DNA from: the human T2T-CHM13v2.0 reference genome, Homo sapiens
NCBI RefSeq assembly: GCF_009914755.1
Contig: NC_060933.1
Strand: one strand, 5' to 3'
Length of the DNA: 64,000 bases
Part shown: positions 11,494 to 25,761 of the stretch, in pieces
Layout: each line of letters begins with the position of its first letter
How positions within the stretch are numbered: the stretch's first letter is position 1
Notes under the pieces: model-generated
Told to the model about the DNA's origin: nothing
The model's input: the letters and a program-made list of their open reading frames with translations, nothing else
Databases searched by the model: none
Position numbers and translations under genes: made by a program

Positions 11494-14400
11494 TTGGCAC
11501 AGGAATTTGCTGTAAGAATTCATGAGGTAAAAAGAAGACATAAATCTCAGCTGTGCAGCCAGATCTCACAGAGGAATAAGAACCAAAGCATAGTTGGGCC
11601 CCACAGAGTTGGAAGGTAATTCAGGCTCTGGAAGGCTACTCAGGGGAAAATGCAAGATTCGTGAACGTGTCATTTTGATGCCCTTCCACATGAAGTTCAA
11701 ACAAGAAGGCCATGGTCATGAGAATCACACAAAAGATAAGAAGCTTCTCTCCAATACCCTCTCCAAATGGGAGAGAAGAGTCAGCTAGAGTGAATTGGAG
11801 ATTACATGGTGATAAAGTAAACATGGAAACTTCCCAGAGACATGTTTGTCAGAGGATATTTACAATAGTTACAAATGTGCCCTTCATGCAAGTATAAACT
11901 CCCCCCAAAATAAACAGCCAAACTACTCCAAACATCCTTAGTAAACCATACACCACACAGGGACTGCCTTACCTAAGTAACTGGAGAAGGACTCAGTTGC
12001 ACATCTGGGTCAATATGAAGAATAACAGAAGCAAAAGCTTGCAGGCATTGATCATAAAAGATTACAAGCCTCTGGGATTTGCAGAAACATTGGCAAAGAA
12101 CTTAAACTTCCACCAACCAGGCAATTGATAGATTCCTGAATTCAATCTTACTTGAACGTTCAGCAGAGGGATGCTACTGATCTTTACACTATGTAATAAC
12201 AGCCACCAAGCATTGAGCTGTAAAAGGCACTCCAATGCAGCACTTTACATACATTATCATACTAACTTTCTACTAACCTTTTGATGAAAGTACAAATTTA
12301 TTATGTCCATATAACAGATGTGATCAATGAGAATCAGAAAGTACAAATAACTTGTTGAATATCAAACTACTCTTAACATCAGATCTGAGAACTTAAACTT
12401 GTTCTGAAAATTGTATTTTTGGCTCTTAACCCCTATCCTACCTCCCTAAAGGTACCTATGTGTCCATAAACACAAATTTCTTCAACCTACTATTTTCTTT
12501 AAAAAAAAAAAACAAGTCTAGGTCAGTGAAGTGGAACTTTATTTTCATTCTTAAAAGCAGAAACCCAGAGGCACAGATGACCACAAGGACATAAACTTCC
12601 TAAAACTATGCAAAATTCTCCATAATAAGTTGAACTTCTGCATGTTGTGAAATGGGAACATTGAGTCACATTTACTTAGACCTCAAGGGGCAGAAAATCC
12701 CTCAATGATAGCTATATCTGTTGAGAGTTTTTATTGTGCCAGAATTAAAACATGTTTTAATTATCAGAATAATACTATGATATAATATTATAATCTGATA
12801 GTAACACTATAATCATGGCCACTTTACAGATGAGGTAGCCAAGTTTCAGACGGTTTAAAAGACTTTCCCAGCTATGACATAATCAATATGGCAGAATAGG
12901 AGATACCAGCCTTTATCTCCCAACCCCACCACCCAAAAAACAAATATAGACAGCAATACACAAACCAAAATAACCCAGAGAGTGCTCAAGGGCTCATTTA
13001 AGAATCTGCAGCAACACAGTGGTGCAAGAAGAAGAATAAAAAGAAGAAGAGGAATGTACGCACATAAAGGACGACTTGTGAGATCAGTGTCCCTGAAATA
13101 CCTAGAGATGGCTAGGTACAAAGAGAAAAGCCAAGGTCACTGGTATCAGGCACATTGAGGGAGACACCATGGTCCCTAGTGACCTGCTCTGCAGAAAACT
13201 TCAGCATTTTTGTCACTAAGGTAACCAAAAGCCATTCCTGCCAGAGAACCCCAGAGAAGAAGAATTGGCTTCACACATACACACCCTCAAGAAGTAGCCA
13301 GCGTTGTGCCACTCCAGAACCAGAGCCACCACTCCTCTCAACTTGACATATGTTCCTGACCACTAAACTGCAGCTTCTCCATGACTGCCTGCATTCCAGA
13401 CCTTGGCTCTGTGGCTGTACTACATCTACCCATGCCTCAGATATCAGAGCCAACACCATAGCAAGTTAGTTTACACTCTGCACCCCAGAATTAAGGTCTG
13501 TCTGCATGGATTCACACACCAAATATCAGCCCTGCCACCATAGAGAGCTAGCACATGACCTGGAGCCTGGAGCTGCTATAGCTCTGCACAAGTCCATGAT
13601 TCCCTGCCTGCTTCATAAACACCCATGTCTTGTACAACATTACCGACACAACAGCAGGGGTACCTGCACCCTGGGCACCAGTGCGTTTGCTGCCCTGGAC
13701 CTCAGAGCCACGGTCTTTCCACACATGCCTGTGCTCTCAGCCTTGGCTCACTGGCTACTCCACAGGTACTGTTCATCAGACACCAGTATTGCTGCCAGTG
13801 TGAGCAGGCCTATGAGTCAAACCCAGTGGCAAGAGACATCCCTTTGGTCATGGTTTCCCAAGTGGAAGAAAAAGATCTCAGGAGAACTTTTAGCAGCCAT
13901 AAACACCAAACACATCAAAAGCCCTCACTGCTGCTGCAGGCACTCACATAATTGATCACTGCCCTCTAAACTTTACCAACGCTTACTGCAGATGACATAG
14001 CTGTACAGAGACTATGCTGCTGCACCCTCACCAGAGTCAGAATTGCTGCACCCTACATAGCCAGCACCCTTGCATGTTCCCATAAAAGAAGATCCTTCCC
14101 CACCAAAACCATCCCAGAAATCAGACAGACAGAGGGGATTATTTCACTGCCTTGAAAACTTTGAGTGTATAGTCTTGGTTGCAAGCAAATTCAAGCATTA
14201 ACAGAAGGCCACAAGAAACATGAAAAGCAAGGGAAACATATCATCACAAAAAGAATACAATAATTTCCCAGTAGCTGACCCCAAAGAAACAGAAATTTCT
14301 GAACTGCCAAAGAATTCAAAATAATTGTATTTAAGGAATCTCAGCAAAGTTCAAAAGAAGACAGAGAAAAAAGTTTCAACAAAATCAGGAAAACAATAAA

Positions 14401-16178
14401 TAAAAAATGAAAAAGTTACATATTGAAATACTAAAAAATCAATAAGATATTCTAGAGCTGAAGAATACATGAATGAAATAAAAATACAATGGAGAATGCA
14501 GTGAATGGAATAAAAATGAAACAGTGTCAATGGCAGAATTAATCGAACAGCATAAAACCCTGTAAAATTGAAAACAGTTTATTTGAAGATATACACTCAG
14601 AGGAGAAAAAAATGAAAAGAAATGAAGAAAGTGTATGGGATTTATAGGACAACATAATGATAGCTTTCATCTGCATTATAGAATTTAAATAATGTGGAGA
14701 GAAAGAGAAAGGGATAGAAAGGTTATATAAAGAATAATAGCTTAAAACTTCCAAATCTGGGAAAAGATATTAATATGCAAGTACATGGAAATCCAAGGTC
14801 TTTAATCAGATTCAATCCAAATAAGACTACCACAAGACATGAAATCAAATTATAAAACAAAACAACAAAGAGAGGTTCCTAAAAGCAGAAAGGAAAAAGA
14901 AGCATATCACATTTAACTGATTTCCCATAAGGTTAGCAGCACACTTCTCAGCAGAAAATTTGCAGGCCAAGAGAGAGTGGGATGACATACTCAAAGTGAT
15001 GAAAAAAAACTGTCAACTAAGAATATGTGACCAGCACAGCTATATTTTAGAATGAAGAAGATATAAATACTTTCCCAGAAAGGTAAAAGCTGATGGAGTT
15101 AATCATCCCCAGAGCTGACTACAAGAAATGCTAAGAAGAGCTCTTCAAGCTGGAAAAAAATGATACTAAATAGTAACATAAAAACATGAAAATATAAAAC
15201 TCACAGGTAAAAGTAAGTACATTGTCAAATTCAAAATAGTCTAATTCTGTAATGTTTGCATAAACCAGTCATAACTTTAGTATGAATGTTTAAAGACAAA
15301 ACTATTAAAAATAGTAACAGTTACAATAATTTGTTAAAGGATACACAATAAAAAATAAAAGATGTAAATTGTGACATCCAAAACATAAAATGGAAGGGGC
15401 AGGAGCTTGAAAGTGTAGTTTTTTTATGTAACTAAACTTAAGTTGTTATCAGCTAAAAATAGCTTGTTATAACTACAGAATGTTTTAAGTAAGCTTCATG
15501 GTAACTGCAAAACAGAAACCTATAGTAAATGCAAAAATGAAAAAAGTAAGGAATCAAAAGATACTACAACAACAAGAAATTACCAATTGAAGACACAGAA
15601 GAATGAAACTAGACCCCTATTTCTCACCATATACAAACATCAAATCTAAATGGATTAAAGACTTAAATCTAAGACCTCAAGAAAATATTGGGGAAAATGT
15701 TCAGGACATTGGTCTGAGCAAAAATTTCTTGAGCAATATCCCACAAGCACAGGCAACCAAAGAAAATGTGGACAAATGGGATCACATCAAGTTAAAAAGC
15801 TTCCACACAGGAAAGGATACAATCAGCAAAGTGAAGAGACAACCCACAGAATGAGAGAAAATGTTTGCAAATGCTATATCTGATAAGCAGTTAATGTTAA
15901 TATTCAAAATATATAAGGAACTCAAACATTCAATAGTATGAAGGCAAATAATTTGGTTTTAAGGTAAGCAAAGGACCTGAATAGACATTTCTCAAAAGAA
16001 GATATACAAATGGCCAACAGGTATATTTTTAAATGCCCAACATTACTAATCATCAGAGAAATGTAAATTAAAACCACAATGAGATATTACTTCACACCTG
16101 TTAGAATGGCTGTTAGCAAAAAGTATAAAGATAACGATTGCAAAGATGTAAAGAAAAGGGAACAGTTACACACTGTAA

Positions 16179-16553
<375 letters not shown>

Positions 16554-16564
16554 TGAAATTATTG

Positions 16565-17085
16565 TGTTGGATATAAAAATGCTCTAGGAAAAAATGCTTT
16601 GTGCCACAAAGTGAAACCAACACTTAGGCAAAAGTTGTCTCAGCAAGGCAATTCACTTCTGCAGAAGAGTGCCACTTGTGTCAATCAAGATCGCAAGAGC
16701 ACAGGGAACAAAGGAGAGCAGTGAGTTTTTATCTCTGATGGTCGTTCTTACCTCTGTGTCACTCCGCCATGGGCTGGGGTCAGGCCGCACAATCTGAGCT
16801 GACCCAATTGGCTACTTGCAAATATTTTTCTAAATACGGAAGGGAAGGGGGACATGAGGTACAGTGGTAAAGCATGTGAGATGTCCAGTTTCAGGGGAAC
16901 AATGGGTGCAGGTAACCAAGGGAATAGATGTGCATTATTGATTAGAGCTGACGGGAAGTGGATAGGCTATTTACAGTAACTAGGGGCAAGGAGGAACAAG
17001 AAAGTTGAGTTTGAAAACAAAGGACAAGGAAGTTGGGAGGCTAAATCTTTGAAGAGAAACTCAGAGAAATTCATTGTATCTTACA
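16565..17085 (-). mobile_element. ERV1 solo LTR (MER83-like)
   Basis: TG...CA termini with a 4-bp TSD ATTG. Confidence 0.7.
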
Positions 17086-17087
17086 AT

Positions 17088-17681
17088 TGATACAGGGGTT
17101 AAAAAGAAATTATTTAGGCAGTGAGTGAGGGTGAAAAAATACTTAGCGGGAATTTTCCTTTAATAAATAGCAGCTCCCAAATCATTTCTTTTCTAATAAA
17201 AAGCAGCATGAAAAATCAAGTTGCAAGCATAGATAAGCAAGCTGGAAACTTGCATAGGTAAATGCCAGCAGCTATGCCAGACACCACGTATATCCAACAT
17301 GGCAATTCCCTCTTCCCTTTTCCTTGTTGCCATATGTGTGGGTGTCATGGCGCCAGCCAGGTGAAGGCTCCATTTGCATAATACAAGATAAAGTGGGACG
17401 GTCTGTTTCTTCACAGGCTATGTAAATGGCACACCTGGTCAAATCAAACCCCTGAGTCCTATGTAAATCAAACACTGACTCCTCAAGCCCCTCTATAAAA
17501 TCGACCACATCTTACCCCAAACCTGGAAATCCACTTGGACACCCCCTTCCTCTGCATGAAGAAGCTCTCTTTCTCTCTCTTCCTCTCTCTTCTTTCTTAT
17601 GCCTATTAAACTTTCCACTTTGTTCTCCTTAGTGTGAGACAACAAACGTCTGGTATTTCCCCAGACAATGAAACTCCTTCA
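17088..17681 (+). mobile_element. MER50 LTR (ERV1)
   Basis: Starts TGATACAGG..AAGAAATTATTTAGGCAG and ends TTCA. Confidence 0.8.
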
Positions 17682-17858
17682 ATCTAACTACCATAGAATT
17701 CAGCAATCTCATTTCTGGGTATATATCCAAATGAATTTAAATCAGTCTTTCAAAGAGATATCTGCACCTCATGTTCATTGCAATATTGTTCACAGTAGCC
17801 AAGATATAGAATCAACCTAAGTATCTAACAACAGATGAAGGGATAAAGAAAACGAGGT

Positions 17859-18280
17859 GGCTAGGCACATTGACTCACATCTGTAATCTCCCCACTTTAG
17901 GAAGCCAAGGCCAGAGGATTGCTTGAGGCCAGGAGTTTGTGACTAGCCTGGGCCACATAGCAAGACACCATCTCTGCAAAAAAAATTTCTGTAATTAGCT
18001 AGATGTGGTGGCACATGCCTGTAGGTCTAGCAACTTGACAGGTTGAGGTGGGAAGATTGCTTGAGCCCAGGAGTTGAAGGCAGCAGTGAGTTATGACTGC
18101 AGCACTGCACTCCAGCATGGGCAACAGGATGAGGAAACAAAGAAAGAAAAGAAAAGAAAGAGAAAGAGAGAGAGAGAGGAAGGAAGGAAGGAAGGAAAGG
18201 GAGAGAGAGAGAGAGAAAGAGAGGAGGAAAGGAGGAAGGGAGAAAGGGAGAAAGAAAGAGAAAGAGAGAGAGAGAAGGAA
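17859..18280 (+). mobile_element. AluJ with an expanded GA-rich tail
   Basis: AluJ diagnostics (GGATTGCTTGAG); purine-only tract at ~18140-18280. Confidence 0.85.
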
Positions 18281-18290
18281 ATTTTGCATA

Positions 18291-18344
<54 letters not shown>

Positions 18345-18823
18345 TATTCAACCATAAAAAGAAGGAAATCCTGACATTTGCAACAACATGGATGAACTTG
18401 TAAGACATTATGCTAAGTGCAATAAACCAGATACAGAAGACAAATATCTTATAATCTCACTTATCTGTAAAATCTTAAAAAGTTGAACTTATAAAAACAG
18501 AGCGCACAGTGGTGGTTGCCAGGGACTGGGGGTGGAGGAAACGGGGAGATGTTGGTCAAAGGTCATGCACTTTCAGTTATAAAGTGAATAAGCTCTGGGG
18601 ATCTGAAGTAAAGCATGGTGAACATAGTTAATAATATCATATTGTTTACTTGAAATTTACTAAGACAGTAGATCACAAGTGTCCTCACCAAACACACACA
18701 CACTATGTGTGGTGATGGATGTGTTAATTAATTTGATTTTGACAATCATTTCACAATGCATGTATATATCAAATCATCAATTGTATACCTCGAGTGTATA
18801 CCGTTTTTATTTGCCAATTATAA

Positions 18824-19746
18824 TATAAATTTAAAATAAAATCCTAACCACCCCCTATCCCACCAACTAAATGAATGCCCAGGTAGCCAACGGGACTCCA
18901 GAAAAACCTTAAAACCAAGTTCCTGGCCATGTCAGGATGGTAGGTTAGACAGGCTTCACTATATACCCTCTCTTTTATGATGTAGACACAACAACTGATC
19001 AGCATTATTGTTAAAATAGACATCATAAGATGAACAGAACAGACTCTTAGTGGCAATAAGATACCAAATTATAAATGGGACCTATGGCCATGCCAGGCAA
19101 GGGTTAAGTCACACATCCCTTCACTTAAAGAATAAACTGTGTTCTAACTGCCACAAGGCTTTCCTCTTTCTCTAGCAGCTAACCCAACCTTGGCCTCAAG
19201 ATAAGCAATATTACAACAATTTTCAGCTCCACAGATGCCGACTAACTGAACCTCAGCCCTTGTTCCACCAGCCATAACTACAGCTTTGATTGGACAAGAG
19301 ACTGATTTTAGTAAATTTCTGCTGATAAAAAGATCACTGACCATGAACTGGTTCTGTCCAGTTTACAGAGACTGTGCACTTACGTGCTTTCTTTTCCTGA
19401 AAAGATCTTTTGATGTATAGGCCCTAATTGTAATACATTTAAATGTTAAGTCTCCATCCCAGAGTGAACATGAGTCATATGTTACATGCATGTTGGTTCA
19501 ATACACATGTATCAGGACTGTCTTCTTGAATATTCGTAGCTTTTTCTGTAACCTGTTGAATATGTGTTTAGCCAACCTGTTCAGCATAAAAGCTCCTATC
19601 TCAACTCCTCCTCCTTCAAAGTGCCTATCTCTGGTTTTGGCTGAAGGCATGCTTCCCGGCCTCTGGATGGCCACCTTGTAAGCTGTAACCTCATAAAAAT
19701 TAAAGTCTCCCCTCCTCTTCCAAATGTATAATCTTTTAAGTTAACA
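18824..19746 (+). mobile_element. MER4-group solo LTR
   Basis: MER4-like body ending GTTAACA; 4-bp TSD ATAA; interrupts the L1 3' end. Confidence 0.8.
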
Positions 19747-21584
19747 ATAACTTAATGCAGTTAGGAGAGGGAAAAAAAGAAAAAGAAATAAAGACAGTGA
19801 GGTTCTTGAAATATAAGATGTAATCAGAAATCAATAAGCGACAGGAATGGACAATATATAAAAGGCAGGGCATTTGGGGACTCTGATATATGGATTCTGT
19901 GTGCTTACATGAATCAAGAAGAGTAAGAGATTTGAAGCTGGTGGCTTTCCCTAGCAGTGATAGCAAGGAAAGGAATCCGATATATGAGCAGCAGACTTGG
20001 AGATTGCCTAATACAAGAAGGGTGACCTATGTTTGGGTTCAAAGGTTTTAACACTACATTTTGTTAGAAAATAGAACCATAAAATCACCACTACTAAACT
20101 AGTAGCTGCATCTAATCCTGGAAGGGTTTGGAAAGAAGGCACCAATGATGTTGGGGTACACTTGGGGTAGTTGTCCTTTGAAAAAATGGAGGCAGTAAGG
20201 AGGAGGCCAAATTGATATTTTATAGGTTCAAGGGGGGAATTGGACCCAGGTGTAAATGCCAGGTACTCTGTTCTCAGTGCTAGTTGGGACATCTTCCAGG
20301 CAAGCCCTCAGCTTGGAAGAGCTGGGAAAAGAAAATTATCGTCCATCTGAGATACCTACATCAAGCTAAGCAGATCTTGCACTACCTCCGAAGGTTCCAA
20401 GAGGAGAATGTGGGGCCACTTGCTGGGGGGAGCAGAGAAAACGTGCAATTCCTCTGGATCCCTGGAGACAATTCTGCACAAAGTTAATGAATGGTTGTTT
20501 TCTTACTGTCTCCCCTAGGAAACATCAGAGACCTAGTGGCACAGTCTCAGAAGATACTCCCATGAGGAAAACAAGGGCTATAAGTATCTACAACTTGTGA
20601 ATGACAGTAAGAATCCAGGGAAGGGAGCATTCAGAATCAAGAAGCACTGGGAGATTTTCGACAATTAGATACCTTTTTGTATGCAGTTTCTTGGCACAGA
20701 TTTATCTTCTTTCTGACTAGTTATTTCATGGAGCATAAATGAGAGGAATGAATACATAAGGCCAGACGTTAATGTCCTTTCCAGGCTTACCTGGAAAGGT
20801 ACTCTGACCCAAGAGTACCTTTGACTCTTATTAACTGTAGTCACCTGCTGTGTAATAGATCCCCAGAACCTTATTCTATCATTTTACACTTTAAGATAAT
20901 CCATCTGCTCATTGTCTAAAATACCATGAGAGATTAATTAATTAATTAATTAATCAACCTAGCGAGTGCCTGATGAGAAAGTGGAAATACCTGATCTCTG
21001 GGAAATAATTAGTCCTTACTGGACATTAAATAAGAGAGCGAATTTATGTTCACCCTAAGTGTAGATTATCTGTATTTATACTCTAAAGTCTGATCTTCCT
21101 TTACCCTAGCCAACTCCAGAATTACATTCCCCTGACCTCAGAATATGGATTATCAGCCAGAGAGTAGGAAAGCTTGGGAGAGAATTTTCTCGCAAAAGTA
21201 TTCTGTCCCCCTCACTCTCTCATTCCCCGTGTTTCTTTTCCCTGTAACTGTTTACATTCAACTCAGTGTTCTCTAAGTGAGTTTCTTGCTTCCATTGTAA
21301 ATGATGTGGAAAGAAACATCTGGACTTAAAAGAAAAGGTATTCATCAATTACAAGCTAGGTGAGATAACTATCTTGTTACCTAGATGTGGTTTAGCCACT
21401 CAGAATCCTTAATCAGAAGATGGCCTGAACTTGATTCAAAGTCTTTATCTGTGGTTCCTGTAATTACCAGCCACAGAGTAAGTAGGAGGAGAAACTTATC
21501 AGCCATTCGCTCCCAATCTCTTTCTCTCTTTCTCTGTCTGTCTGTCTGTCTCTCTCTTTCCTTGTATCTGTTCTCTATAGATCT

Positions 21585-22246
<662 letters not shown>

Positions 22247-22453
22247 GGTATCTACCTCAAAGATCTTTTAAAAAGTGAAAACACACTTTCAGTTCTGATT
22301 CTCCATGCTCAGGAAGAAAAATAAACTACAGAGTAAATGCTCTATTAATAACTACTCAGTGTAAGAACAACGTGGAAAGATGCATGTTGTAGATGACATA
22401 AGAATTATGTCATTAATTGACAGTGTTGCTTATCTTTAGGTGAGTACAAGTCC

Positions 22454-23428
22454 ATGGGAATGTCCAACCTGACAAGACTCTCTGAATTTATTCTCTTGGG
22501 ACTCTCCTCTCGGTCTGAAGACCAGAGGCCACTCTTTGCCCTCTTTCTTATCATATACCTGGTCACTTTGATGGGAAATCTGCTCATCATCTTGGCTATC
22601 CACTCTGATCCTCGACTTCAAAACCCTATGTATTTTTTCCTAAGCATCTTGTCCTTTGCTGATATTTGCTACACAACAGTCATAGTCCCAAAGATGCTCG
22701 TGAACTTCTTATCAGAGAAAAAGACCATTTCCTATGCTGAATGTCTGGCACAGATGTATTTCTTCCTGGTTTTTGGAAACATAGATAGTTATCTCCTGGC
22801 GGCTATGGCCATCAACCGCTGTGTAGCCATTTGTAACCCATTCCATTATGTCACTGTTATGAACCGCAGATGCTGTGTGTTGCTACTAGCATTCCCCATC
22901 ACTTTCTCCTATTTCCACTCTCTCCTACATGTCCTCCTGGTGAATCGGCTCACCTTTTGTACATCAAATGTTATCCATCATTTTTTTTGTGATGTCAACC
23001 CTGTGCTGAAACTGTCCTGCTCCTCCACCTTTGTCAATGAAATTGTGGCCATGACAGAAGGGCTGGCCTCTGTGATGGCTCCATTTGTCTGTATCATCAT
23101 CTCTTATCTAAGAATTCTCATCGCTGTTCTCAAGATTCCCTCAGCAGCTGGAAAACACAAAGCCTTCTCCACCTGCAGCTCCCATCTCACTGTGGTGATT
23201 CTGTTTTATGGGAGTATTAGCTATGTCTATTTGCAGCCTTTGTCCAGCTATACTGTCAAGGACCGAATAGCAACAATCAACTACACTGTGTTGACATCAG
23301 TGTTGAACCCATTTATCTACAGTTTAAGAAACAAAGACATGAAACGGGGCTTACAGAAATTGATAAACAAGATTAAGTCTCAAATGAGTAGGTTCTCTAC
23401 AAAGACCAATAAAATCTGTGGACCCTGA
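22454..23428 (+). CDS. OR1L3: Olfactory receptor family 1 subfamily L member 3 (324 aa)
   Basis: Intact ORF and close paralogue of the 9042 ORF: MGMSNLTRLSEF, LQNPMYFFL, MAINRCVAICNP, KAFSTCSSH, SVLNPFIYSLRN. Confidence 0.92.
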   Translation: MGMSNLTRLSEFILLGLSSRSEDQRPLFALFLIIYLVTLMGNLLIILAIHSDPRLQNPMYFFLSILSFADICYTTVIVPKMLVNFLSEKKTISYAECLAQMYFFLVFGNIDSYLLAAMAINRCVAICNPFHYVTVMNRRCCVLLLAFPITFSYFHSLLHVLLVNRLTFCTSNVIHHFFCDVNPVLKLSCSSTFVNEIVAMTEGLASVMAPFVCIIISYLRILIAVLKIPSAAGKHKAFSTCSSHLTVVILFYGSISYVYLQPLSSYTVKDRIATINYTVLTSVLNPFIYSLRNKDMKRGLQKLINKIKSQMSRFSTKTNKICGP

Positions 23429-23902
23429 TTACAAGGTGTGTGTGTGTGTGTGTGTGTGTGTGTTAGCACCTGATGCCACTCTTTTCTTGAAAAAACGTTC
23501 CTTCATCTTCACCATTTGTAGCTTCACCTCGTGGTTTTCCACCCTGTGGTCTCTGTCATCGTATGATTGAACAATTAGGATGTCTTGGTATCAATGCCCC
23601 AATCACAGACTCACCTCATAATATATCTTAATTCCAGAAAATCACATTCCCTTTACTCTTTGCATATTTATTTGGAGCCTCTCATATTTCTTTGTGTTTA
23701 TAAATTCATCCAAGTTTGGTCTTTCAATTATCAGAGAATTTTCCTATATACCTATGTAGAAATTTAAATATGTGCAATGATATTATGCACACATAGTCAC
23801 TCTCTTCTATTTAAAGCTGTCAGGAATTTTTTGCAGGCATGTGTGTATGTATGTACAAGTCTCACCTGCCCATGAGACTACAGGCTATGGTCCCCCTCTC
23901 CA

Positions 23903-24281
<379 letters not shown>

Positions 24282-24289
24282 TGATTGAC

Positions 24290-24602
24290 TTTTTCTTTTT
24301 TTTTTTTTTTTTTTTTTTGAGACAGAGTCTTGCTCTGTCACCCAGGCTGGAGTGTGCAGTGGTGCTATCTTGGCTCAGTGCAATGTCTGCCTCCTGGGTT
24401 CAAGCAGTTCTCACCCCTCAGCCTCCCAAGTAGCTGTGATTACAGGCGCCTGCCACCACGCCCAGCTAATTTTTGTATTTTTAGTGAAGATGAGGTTTCA
24501 CCATGTTGGCCAGGCTGGTCTCGAACTCCTGACCTCAAGTGATCTGCCCGCCTCAGCCTCCCAAAATGCTGGGATTACAGGCGTGAGCCACTTCCCCCAG
24601 CC
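24290..24602 (-). mobile_element. AluS
   Basis: Poly(T) plus dimer; TSD TGATTGACT. Confidence 0.9.
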
Positions 24603-25189
24603 TGATTGACTGTTAATAAGACAACTCTACGTCTCTACATGAGTTTGAGTCTCTACTCTTTCTTCTTTTCCTATACCCAAGGGGCATTCATCCCCTGACT
24701 CTTCCTGGGGCTTCTTGCCTGTTCGCTCTTCCATCTAGAGATGCATATATTTCTAGGCGTCTCTAGGTGGTTAAATAAAACACTGAATTTAAAAATCTCC
24801 ACTGTCTCCTCTATCTGTCTAGTTTTTTTGCTCAGAATAAAAAAAGGTTTATTCCATGTAATCAGAAATGTTCCCTATGGTCACTGGAGGCAGAGTCAAA
24901 ATATCAATAAATATAAACTACTAGCAAGGGTCTCTTGGGTCAGAGTGCCTGATACAAAGGAGGCTCTCAATATAGTTGGGGAACAAATTACATGACTTAG
25001 GAAAGCAGTCAGATGAATTATTTCCCACAATATTTTTTTAATTGCAGCAATTTAATGAGTTTCTCTTTCTTTCTAGTATTCGTATTTTAGTAGATGGAAA
25101 TGTCGAAGTCAAACAAATTAATCTCTCATGGTATTTTAGACAATGAGCAGATGGATTATCTTAAAAAGTGTAAAATGATAGAATAAGGT

Positions 25190-25432
25190 TCTGGGGATCT
25201 ATTACACAGCAGGTGACTACAGTTAATAATAATGTATTGTATATTCCTAACTAGCTAGAAGAATGGATTTTAAATGTTCTCACCACAAAGAAACAACATG
25301 TATTTGAAGTGATGGATATGTTAGCCTGATTTGATGATTCCACAATGTATACATGTATCAAAACATCACACTGTACTCCACAAATATATACAGTTATTAT
25401 TTGTCAATCAAAAAATAAAGTAAAACTTTTTT
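25190..25432 (+). mobile_element. L1MA 3' end fragment
   Basis: GGTGACTACAGTTAATAATAATGTATTGTAT followed by an A tail. Confidence 0.75.
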
Positions 25433-25761
25433 AAAAGAGTCTTTAAATACCTTTGTTTCTGCCCTTGTTAATCCCTAACCAAGGGTAAGGCAGAATCAAA
25501 ATAAGGATATACTGTTCTATTTCATTCCTTTATTACATGTATTGCAAAATTAATTTTAACTTCCGTGCCAACTGCGGACCCCTGCATTGCTAATGAGAAA
25601 ACTTATGTGCCTACCACTGGGCTGAATGAAGAACGATGAAGATTGAGTATGTCTACAATGGGCATGGGAGAAAGGAGCACTGGTACATATAACAAGTGAA
25701 TTTTCACAGTCACCACAGGCCTCAAGACTTGGGCATACTTTCATTCTATAGCATAACTTTT

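Noticed and set aside
13155-13955. Cluster of ORFs in GC-richer sequence (also 30098-30928)
   Set aside because: They lie in old L1 5'UTRs, where lower stop density explains them.
17999-18408. R/E/K-rich and VC-repeat ORFs
   Set aside because: Translations of an Alu tail, a GA tract and (TG)n.
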